DNA from: Elusimicrobium minutum | GTDB lineage: Bacteria; Elusimicrobiota; Elusimicrobia; Elusimicrobiales; UBA9959 | Length of the DNA stretch: 64,000 bases | Direction: 5' to 3' | Assembly (NCBI GenBank): GCA_020723765.1 | Contig: DYIF01000009.1 | Coordinates: forward strand, 6,583 to 70,582 | Shown here: positions 45,496-52,969 of the stretch, in pieces | How the letters are laid out: each line of letters starts with the position of its first letter | Position numbering within the stretch: position 1 is the stretch's first letter | Notes under the pieces: generated by a model | Database searches by the model: none | Seen by the model: the letters and a program-made list of their open reading frames with translations, nothing else | Told to the model about the DNA's origin: nothing | Program-made: the position numbers and the translations under genes

Positions 45496-47421
45496 ATGAG
45501 GCTTAAAAAAGCTTTAAATTTTTTGTTTGCATTAGTATTAATATCTTCGTTTTTATATTCTCAAGAAAAATCTTCTTCCAAAGACATAAACGTAATACTT
45601 ATAGAAAAACAAAACGAGTTTAGAAAGGAAATAGAAGATAAAATAAAAAACAATATTTTAGATCCTGTTTTGGGAAAAGATAAGGCATTCGCCTTTGCGG
45701 ACATATTGTTCGACATAATTACCAGAAAACAAGATCAGACAAAAGAAGGCGTCGGAGTTTTGCAACAGTATAAAGAAAAAGGAGCGGCCCAGTCTCAGGC
45801 CGATACCGACTTTATTCTCCCTGGAATTCCAAAACCGAAATCAATACTTGGAGATAATAATAAAAGACCCGAGGCCGCGCATGGAACTCAAACCCAGCAA
45901 ACAAAAGCCATAGAAGAAACCAAATTTTCGGTAGAGCCAGAAATAACCAGATTCCAGGTGACCGTTTTACACGATGAAAGTTTGCCTCAGGATCTTTTGA
46001 TGATAGCAAGACAAAGAATAGACGACCTTTTGCTCCCTTATAAAATAAAAGGTAAAGACGCTCCGATAGTAATATTCAAACCGACAAAATTTAAAGCTAC
46101 AAACATATGGGACGACTTGAAAAAACCAATGGTTTATCTTCCTTTGTTATACGCTTTGCTTTTTCTGTTGCTTCTTTTTTATCTTTTCGGCCCTTTGTGG
46201 TCTTTTTTAAGAAAATATATAAAAGCTCTTATGGAAAAACCGGGTGCGGAGGTTAACATAGAGGATAAGCGAGAAGAGGGGGGAGGAAAAGGCGAAGGAG
46301 AAGGAGAGGAAGAGCAGGAAGGACATCAACAGATAGATATGAATTTTACTCAAAAAGAGGAAGAACCGCCCCCGCCGCCCGAGGAGGATGAGTCTATGAA
46401 AAAACTTGAGCCCTTTACTTATATAAACGAAGAAAATTTAAAAAGACTCGTTTATCTTTTCTTATTAAGGAAAGAAGACCCGTGGATAATAGCGATAGTT
46501 TTGAGTTATTTAAAACCCGAGCTTTCGAAGCAGGCTTTTGCGATGTTGCCGGTAGAGTTGCAATCGAAAGTGGCGTTGGAATCGCTAAAAGTCAAACAGG
46601 CTACCAGAGAGCAGATAGAAGCCATAGATAAGGATATAAAAGAAAATGTGGAATTCGTTATGGGGGGGGTTGAGCAGTTAATGAAGATATTGGAAGAGGC
46701 GGATGCTCAGACAAGAAAAAACGTTTTGGAATATTTGAAAACTCAAAAGCCGGATATATACGAAAAAATAAAAACGATAATGCTTACTTTCGAGGACCTG
46801 GTTTCTTTTTCGGATAAGGATATACAGACAATAATAAGAAACATATCCAACGAGGACCTCGCGAAAGCCTTAAAAGGAGCCGCTCCGGAAATAGTGGATA
46901 AATTTTTTAACAATATGTCCGCGGGCGCAAAGGCCACAATAAGAGAAATAATGGAATATATGGGAGAGCAGAACCAGCAGCAGATAGACGACGCCCAGAT
47001 GAAGGTTTTGGATACCGCTAAAACTCTGGAAGCGGAGGGAAAGATATCCAGTTATAGAAGAAGCGATGCGGGGGGAGTTTATATATTGGACTCATCGGAC
47101 GTTTCCCAAAGCTCTTTAAGAGAAAGCAAAATGGGAAAAGCGGCTCAGTCTCAAAATTTAAACGCGTCTGCCGAAGACTATTTCAATTCGGCGGTGGAGC
47201 TTTATAACTCGGGCAATTACGAAGAAGCTGCGTCTTATTTTAAATATATAACGGATTCCGATCCGAATAACGCATCGGCATGGCAGTACCTGGGTTCTTC
47301 TTATTACTCATTGGGCAATTATCAGGAGGCTGTATCCGCTTATGAAAATTACGTAAATATTACTGGAGACGAAGAGTTTAGGTCCTGGCTTGAGGATTTA
47401 AAAAGGCAATTAGGAATGTAA
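45496..47421 (+). CDS. Membrane-anchored FliG-like protein (TM, ~190 aa periplasmic domain, TM, acidic/Pro linker, FliG middle and C-terminal domains, TPR)
   Basis: The two hydrophobic segments are aa 8-22 and MVYLPLLYALLFLLLLFYLFGPLW. The FliG_M-like part is WIIAIVLSYLKPELSKQAFAMLPVELQSKVA. The FliG_C-like part is FEDLVSFSDKDIQTIIRNISNEDLAKALKGAAPEIVDKFFNNMSAGAKATIREIMEYMG. C-terminal TPRs include GNYEEAASYFKYITDSDPNNASAW. Confidence 0.7.
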   Translation: MRLKKALNFLFALVLISSFLYSQEKSSSKDINVILIEKQNEFRKEIEDKIKNNILDPVLGKDKAFAFADILFDIITRKQDQTKEGVGVLQQYKEKGAAQSQADTDFILPGIPKPKSILGDNNKRPEAAHGTQTQQTKAIEETKFSVEPEITRFQVTVLHDESLPQDLLMIARQRIDDLLLPYKIKGKDAPIVIFKPTKFKATNIWDDLKKPMVYLPLLYALLFLLLLFYLFGPLWSFLRKYIKALMEKPGAEVNIEDKREEGGGKGEGEGEEEQEGHQQIDMNFTQKEEEPPPPPEEDESMKKLEPFTYINEENLKRLVYLFLLRKEDPWIIAIVLSYLKPELSKQAFAMLPVELQSKVALESLKVKQATREQIEAIDKDIKENVEFVMGGVEQLMKILEEADAQTRKNVLEYLKTQKPDIYEKIKTIMLTFEDLVSFSDKDIQTIIRNISNEDLAKALKGAAPEIVDKFFNNMSAGAKATIREIMEYMGEQNQQQIDDAQMKVLDTAKTLEAEGKISSYRRSDAGGVYILDSSDVSQSSLRESKMGKAAQSQNLNASAEDYFNSAVELYNSGNYEEAASYFKYITDSDPNNASAWQYLGSSYYSLGNYQEAVSAYENYVNITGDEEFRSWLEDLKRQLGM

Positions 47422-47468
47422 CATTTTTTTAATTTTATTGAAATACGAGTATTTTAAAATATAAATAT

Positions 47469-50252
47469 ATGGCAGAGAATAAAAAAATACCTCCGATACC
47501 GCCGCTGGGCTTCCCTTCAAAGCCCGCTAATAAGCCGGCCGGATCCGTTCCTCAAATACCGAGTCCCATAACCCCCAGGGTTTCTCCTCCTTCTTTTCAA
47601 AAACCGCAGGCTCAGGAAGATAGAGGAAAAGAAGAAAGAGAAAAACTTGAAAAAAAGATAGCGGAACTTGAAAAAAGTTTAAGCGAAGAAAGAGAAAAAG
47701 TCCTGGCCTTAACCATAAAAAATCAACAGGAAGAGGTTTTGGCGGCCAAACTTGAAAATTCCATAAGAGACGTGGAAGAGAAAATAAAAAGAACTCAGCA
47801 GGAAAAAGCTTTAGAAGAAGAGAAAAATCAGTTGAAAGCGAAAATAAAGGAGCTTGAAACAAGATTGATTCAGGAGAGAGAAACATGGATGCAAACCCTT
47901 AAGTCTCAAATAAAAGACAAAGAGAAAGAGTCCAAAGACATAGAAGAACATTTCATATTGAGATTTCAAGAGTTTGAAAGAAAGTTCTTGGACGAAAAGG
48001 CTCAGTGGCAGAAGGCGATTTTTTCAAAAGACGAGGAGATTAAAAATATTAAGCTGCTGCTCGAACAAAAAACGAGAATCGAAGAAGATTATAAAAGGCT
48101 TTTGATGGAAAGAGAGGGGGATAAAAAAGAAATAGAAAGGCTTAAAGAAAGCTTGAATTCTTTAGAGAAGGAAAGGATTTCCTTGGATTCCTACATAAAA
48201 CTCATACCCGAAAAAGAAAAAGAAATAATAATGTTGAAAAACGAGATATCCAATTTAAAAATTCTATTTGAAAACGAAGTCGGCAAATTTAAAAATAAGG
48301 AAGAGGCTTTGAATAAAGAGATTTTGGAGCTGAAAAATAAACTTTCCCAGGTAAGCGAAAAAAATCTGATAGAAAGACAAAAAGAAATAGAGAAGATAAA
48401 ATTCGATTACGAAAAACTGCTTAAAGAAAAAGAGCTTTTAATATCCGATATAAATTTGGCAAAGACCGCGTTGGCTCAGGAAAACTTTAAATTAAAAAAT
48501 AGCGTTTCGGAAGCGGAAAAAGAGTTGTTTTTCCATAAAGAAAAAAATAAAAACTTGGAGCTCGAGAAGAAAGAGTTGGCTTCGGAGCTTGCGAAATTAA
48601 TAGAGGCGAATAAGGTCCTTATGAGCCAAAACGCGGAGCTTAAAGCCGAAAACGAAAATATGCATTCCAATTTGAAAAACGAGATAAATAAAATAGAAAT
48701 GAAATATTCGGATAAAATAAGAAACTTAGAATTTGAAAACTCCAATTTAACTCAGGATATTAAGAGAAAAGAAAACGAATATAACGCTCTTTTAAACAGA
48801 TATAAAAGCGAGACGGAATCTTTGTCGGAACAACTAAAAAAAATCGAGTCTTTTAGAAGGCAGGCGGAAAAAGATTACTCCGAAGCCTTAAACGAAAATA
48901 GAGAGCTTATCAAAGAATTGAATAAAATTAAATACGAAAACGAAAAAATCAATTCGGAGCTTACTATAGCCAAAGAAAAATTGGCGGATGTGGAAAGGGA
49001 GTTAAAACAAAAGGAAGATATAATAAAAAACGTTAAAAAAACTTATAACGACAGGTTTGAAAAAGTAAGCGAATCCATAAAGAAAATAGCGGCCACCAAG
49101 GTTTTTATAGAATCCGAAAACAAAAGGCTTCAAAGCGAGAAAATGGAGCTTTCCAAAAAATTGGCCGGTTTGATGCAGGATATTAAAAAGTTAGAGATGG
49201 AAAATGCGGCCGTAAGATCCGCTTACGAAGAGGAAATAGAGAACTATAAAAAAATAATAGAAAACATAAAAAATTCCAATAACGAAAATATAATTTCGGA
49301 GTATGAAAATAAGATAAACTCTCTGGTAGCCAGATATGAGACGGAGATAGGAAATTACAAAAAAGAAATCGAAAATATCAGGGCGAAATACGATGAAGAT
49401 ATTAAAAAGATATCGGCGGAGTACGAAGAAAAGATAAAACATATATCTTCAAACGAGATGAAAAATGTAGAGGCCGATTACGAGAAAAAAATAGCGGATA
49501 TAAAAGCGGAGTATGAGGCAAGGATTTCTCAAATCGTGGAATCGGGCAAAAAAGAGTATGAAGATATAAAATCGAAGTTTGACGAAAGTCAGAAAAAAAT
49601 AGACGAATTAAATGATATAATAAAAAATCGAGGGGAAGAGACGGGTAATATCGAAAAAATTAAATCGGAATATGAAGAAGAATTGAAAAAGAAGGATATG
49701 GAAATAAGCGATTTGAAATCCGAGATATCCAAAAAACAAGAAGAATTGGAGTCGTCTAAAAACAATTCCCCGGATTTTTCAACCGAGATGGAAAATAAGG
49801 CGAAAGAAATCGAATTTAGTTATGAGAATAAAATTAAAGAAATGGAGGCAAAATATATCTCTCAAATAGAAGCGCTTTCCAACGAATTGAAGGAAGAAAG
49901 AAGCAAGATATCTTTGCTGGAAGAAGAGATAAAAAAACTAAAAACGCAATCCGAAAATATCCCTCAAGATCCTTCCAAATTAAACGGGGAGCTTTTAAAA
50001 TATAAACAGTTTCTCGAAAAATACAAATCCGAATACGAAAAACTTAAAAACGCTTATTTTATGATCAAAGCCAAAGAGGAAGCCTCGGAAAAAAGAATAA
50101 ACGAATTGAATTCCAATCTCAACGCCTTAAACTCCGATTACAACGAACTTCTCGGAGAATTGCATAAACATGTTATGAATATCGAAGAAAAAGATAAAAA
50201 GATAGAAGAACTTAAACAACTTGTCGAAGAAATAAAGAAACAACAGAAATAA
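47469..50252 (+). CDS. 927-aa coiled-coil protein with Pro-rich N-terminus
   Basis: The first ~45 aa are Pro-rich (IPPIPPLGFPSKPANKPAGSVPQIPSPITPRVSPP). The remainder is K/E/L heptad-like sequence with no TM helix and no recognisable enzymatic motif. Confidence 0.7.
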   Translation: MAENKKIPPIPPLGFPSKPANKPAGSVPQIPSPITPRVSPPSFQKPQAQEDRGKEEREKLEKKIAELEKSLSEEREKVLALTIKNQQEEVLAAKLENSIRDVEEKIKRTQQEKALEEEKNQLKAKIKELETRLIQERETWMQTLKSQIKDKEKESKDIEEHFILRFQEFERKFLDEKAQWQKAIFSKDEEIKNIKLLLEQKTRIEEDYKRLLMEREGDKKEIERLKESLNSLEKERISLDSYIKLIPEKEKEIIMLKNEISNLKILFENEVGKFKNKEEALNKEILELKNKLSQVSEKNLIERQKEIEKIKFDYEKLLKEKELLISDINLAKTALAQENFKLKNSVSEAEKELFFHKEKNKNLELEKKELASELAKLIEANKVLMSQNAELKAENENMHSNLKNEINKIEMKYSDKIRNLEFENSNLTQDIKRKENEYNALLNRYKSETESLSEQLKKIESFRRQAEKDYSEALNENRELIKELNKIKYENEKINSELTIAKEKLADVERELKQKEDIIKNVKKTYNDRFEKVSESIKKIAATKVFIESENKRLQSEKMELSKKLAGLMQDIKKLEMENAAVRSAYEEEIENYKKIIENIKNSNNENIISEYENKINSLVARYETEIGNYKKEIENIRAKYDEDIKKISAEYEEKIKHISSNEMKNVEADYEKKIADIKAEYEARISQIVESGKKEYEDIKSKFDESQKKIDELNDIIKNRGEETGNIEKIKSEYEEELKKKDMEISDLKSEISKKQEELESSKNNSPDFSTEMENKAKEIEFSYENKIKEMEAKYISQIEALSNELKEERSKISLLEEEIKKLKTQSENIPQDPSKLNGELLKYKQFLEKYKSEYEKLKNAYFMIKAKEEASEKRINELNSNLNALNSDYNELLGELHKHVMNIEEKDKKIEELKQLVEEIKKQQK

Positions 50253-50277
50253 TCTTTTTTGATATAATTATACTTAG

Positions 50278-50502
50278 ATGATATTATTGCATAAACTTAA
50301 CAATTGCGAGATATTGATAAACGCCGAGCTTATAGAAAGCGTCGAGTCTTCTCCGGATACCGTAATAAATCTTGTTACCGGTAACAGGTTTATAGTAAGA
50401 GAATCTAAAGAAGATGTGGAAATGAAAGTGATAGAATATAAAAAAAAGGTTTATTCGGAAAGAAGAATTTTGAATCCCATAGAGGGATTTGAAAAAAAAT
50501 GA
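50278..50502 (+). CDS. flbD: FlbD (SwrD)-family small flagellar-associated protein
   Basis: 74 aa. ILLHKLNNCEILINAELIESVESSPDTVINLVTGNRFIVRES matches the FlbD family pattern, and the gene lies immediately 5' of motA-motB as in spirochete flagellar operons. Confidence 0.75.
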   Translation: MILLHKLNNCEILINAELIESVESSPDTVINLVTGNRFIVRESKEDVEMKVIEYKKKVYSERRILNPIEGFEKK

Positions 50503-50510
50503 GGTGAGAA

Positions 50511-51308
50511 ATGGATATAGCCACCTTTAGCGGTATAATAGTTTTCGCCGGCTTTGTGGTCGGAGCGGTTTATTTGCAAGAAGGAATCAACGGTTTTAAG
50601 CCGTTTATGAACGTCGAAGCGCTTTTGGTAGTTATGGGCGGTACATTTTGCGCTTTGCTTGTCAATTTCCCGCTATCCAAAGTAATCGGAATGGGTAAGG
50701 TTTTAAAAAAGGTAATGGCGTCTAAAGGAGAAGACACGTCTAAACTCGTTTCCACTTTCGTTTCTCTTTCTCAGAAAGCCAAAAAAGAAGGTTTTTTGGC
50801 TCTTGAAGCCGACGTTAAGAACATAGAAGACGATTTTATGAAAAGAGCCATACAGCTGGTGATAGACGGCGCGGACCACGATTTTATAAAAAACATGTTG
50901 GAGACCGAAATAGATTTCATACGCGAAAGGCATAAGGTAGGAAGAGAGATATTTAACGCTTTGGGAACGTACGCTCCGGCTTTCGGAATAATAGGTACCG
51001 TTTTAGGTATGATTCTTATGTTGTCTACGATAGACGATGTGGCTCAGGTGCCCAGAAGAATGGCTCTCGCTTTAGCCGCCGCTTTTTACGGCCTTGGTTC
51101 CGGTTACTGGCTTTTTCTGCCTATGGCCGGTAAATTAAAGCTAAGATCGGAGGAAGAGATTTTTATAAAAGAGATAATTATAAGAGGTGTTTTGTTGCTT
51201 CAAAGCGGCGCCACGCCTTCGGTTGTGGAAGCCAATTTAAAGGCATATCTTGAACCTTCCAAAAGACAATCCGTTAAGAAAGAAGAGGGGGAAGGAGAAA
51301 ATAGATAA
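50511..51308 (+). CDS. motA: Stator protein MotA (MotA/TolQ/ExbB channel family, flagellar type)
   Basis: It has four TM helices and a cytoplasmic loop with KKEGFLALEADV. The C-terminal channel helices are YAPAFGIIGTVLGMILML and ALAAAFYGLGSGYWLFLP. Confidence 0.85.
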   Translation: MDIATFSGIIVFAGFVVGAVYLQEGINGFKPFMNVEALLVVMGGTFCALLVNFPLSKVIGMGKVLKKVMASKGEDTSKLVSTFVSLSQKAKKEGFLALEADVKNIEDDFMKRAIQLVIDGADHDFIKNMLETEIDFIRERHKVGREIFNALGTYAPAFGIIGTVLGMILMLSTIDDVAQVPRRMALALAAAFYGLGSGYWLFLPMAGKLKLRSEEEIFIKEIIIRGVLLLQSGATPSVVEANLKAYLEPSKRQSVKKEEGEGENR

Positions 51309-51946
51309 TGGCGGTAAAACTTAAAAATATGATACCGGAGGACGACCCTCGTGTCGCTCCAATAGGCCATCCGGCGCCTCCCTGGATGGTTAATTACGCC
51401 GACCTTATGACCGAGATGGTTTGTTTTTTTATAATACTCTACGCTTTAAGCGCGGCTTTAAACAAAAATGTTCAAAATGCCGCTCAACAGATTAAAGAGA
51501 TGATGGAAAAGGGGGAGATGGCGGGTCAGGTCGAGATAAATAAAGAGGGGTTAAAGATAACTCTGGAAGAACAGGGGAACTTGCCTTTTTTTGAAAGCGG
51601 CAAGGCGACTTTAACCGAAGAGATGACCGGCAATATAGATAAAATAGTTCCGACTTTAAAAAAGCTTTCTCAAGATTATGAAATAATAGTCGAAGGCCAT
51701 ACGGATAACGTTCCGATATTTACCCAGCAGTTCGCATCCAATTGGGAACTTTCAACGGCAAGAGCCACTTCGGTTGTAAAATATTTGATAGATAAAGGGA
51801 TATCTCCAAAAAAAATATCCGCGATAGGTTACGGGGAGTTCAGGCCGGTCGTTCCAAACGACACTCCGCAAAACAGACAAAAAAATAGGAGAGTAGTTTT
51901 TTTTGTAAAAACTTTTGCAGGGAAGGTGAAGGATGAAAAAAAATAA
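51308..51946 (+). CDS. motB: Stator protein MotB (OmpA-like peptidoglycan-binding C-terminus)
   Basis: PPWMVNYADLMTEMVCFFIILYAL contains the conserved channel Asp. The OmpA-like domain carries VEGHTDNVP, NWELSTARATSV and NRRVVFFV. It has a TAATG overlap with motA. Confidence 0.88.
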   Translation: MAVKLKNMIPEDDPRVAPIGHPAPPWMVNYADLMTEMVCFFIILYALSAALNKNVQNAAQQIKEMMEKGEMAGQVEINKEGLKITLEEQGNLPFFESGKATLTEEMTGNIDKIVPTLKKLSQDYEIIVEGHTDNVPIFTQQFASNWELSTARATSVVKYLIDKGISPKKISAIGYGEFRPVVPNDTPQNRQKNRRVVFFVKTFAGKVKDEKK

Positions 51947-52640
51947 AATAATTTTTTTGCTTTTTTTCCTTAGCGGATGTTTTTCTTCTTCAAATATAAA
52001 AGTTGTGGATTTTACAGACGGCAGAGTTTCGGATCTGGCGTTAACTAAAAAGGTTATAGGCAAGAAAAATTTCCTATTTTTTACGACTACCAAATTGGGA
52101 ATATTCTTGGAAGGTTCCATAGCGGGGGTTGTTACCGATTATTACGGAAATCCAATAGAGGGGGTTACCGTAAAAGCGGTAAGCGATGTGGTAAAAAAGG
52201 AAGATGAAAATATAATAGAAGAAAACGCCAATTCCATGATAAGCTTAAACTTTACTCCGGGAGTAAGCGACACTATGGGAATTTATAAAATAAGGTTTTC
52301 CCTTCCCGTAATAGATAACGAGGTGGACGTAAGAGGAAGACTTGTCTATAACCCCGGGTGGGAGCAGCAGAAAAACAATTTAGGCAAGACTTACGAGCCA
52401 CAGATAAAGGAATCCCCGTTTAGACTTTATTACAATTTAGAAAACGGTTTTTTGGCTTTTGCGGAAGGAGTAAGGTCGGTGGTGGTGGCTCCCGTCGGAG
52501 AGGGAATAGGAAAGATGAAAACTCTTCCCGGTCAAAAGCCTCCTCAGACGAAAGAGGAAAAGCCTAAGACCGAAGAGAAAAAAGAGGAAAAACCGGCGAC
52601 CAATAACGAGGACGACATATTTAAAGCCTTCGGCTTTTAG
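51933..52640 (+). CDS. Lipoprotein with carboxypeptidase-regulatory-like beta-sandwich and K/E/P-rich tail
   Basis: It has the lipobox LSGC. GSIAGVVTDYYGNPIEGVTVKAV is CarboxypepD_reg-like, and the tail is low-complexity (QKPPQTKEEKPKTEEKKEEKP). It overlaps motB by 14 nt. Confidence 0.55.
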   Translation: MKKNKIIFLLFFLSGCFSSSNIKVVDFTDGRVSDLALTKKVIGKKNFLFFTTTKLGIFLEGSIAGVVTDYYGNPIEGVTVKAVSDVVKKEDENIIEENANSMISLNFTPGVSDTMGIYKIRFSLPVIDNEVDVRGRLVYNPGWEQQKNNLGKTYEPQIKESPFRLYYNLENGFLAFAEGVRSVVVAPVGEGIGKMKTLPGQKPPQTKEEKPKTEEKKEEKPATNNEDDIFKAFGF

Positions 52641-52950
52641 AGATTTGTGTTCAAAGTTCAATGTTTAATGTTCAATGTTGCATGTTTAAAGTTTCACGAG
52701 AGGAAAGAAATTAAATTCATTTAAATAGCAAATCATCTAATCTTCAAATCATCCGGTCATCTATTAATCCAATCATCCAATTCTTTTATACTCTCTAAAG
52801 CTTCTAACTCCTCTAAACCCTCTATATTTGAAAATTCTTGATAATTCCGTAATAATAATTTTTAAACTATTTTGAATTATTTAACTTAACACTTCAAACT
52901 TTGAACATTAAACTTTTAAGATTGGAGTTCTATTGATTTAAACTTATTTT
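52641..52950. repeat. 310-bp non-coding spacer with terminal inverted repeats and two internal families of short direct repeats
   Basis: The left end consists of GTTCAA(A/T)GTT-type units (52648-52690). The right-end sequence AACTTTGAACATTAAAC (52897-52913) is the reverse complement of those left-end words. Internally there are four AATCATCY copies (52730-52790) and three CTCTAAA-like units (52790-52825). Confidence 0.5.
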
Positions 52951-52969
52951 TTTGATATATTTTTTATCT

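Noticed and set aside
46261-46390. Purine-rich GGA/GAA/GAG tract resembling a simple-sequence repeat
   Set aside because: It is in frame and encodes the acidic/Pro linker of the FliG-like protein. It is not a perfect tandem repeat.
52700-52830. AATCATCC-type repeats as DnaA boxes or a replication origin
   Set aside because: None match TTATCCACA, and no dnaA, dnaN or gidA is nearby. I kept the region only as an unexplained repeat-structured spacer.
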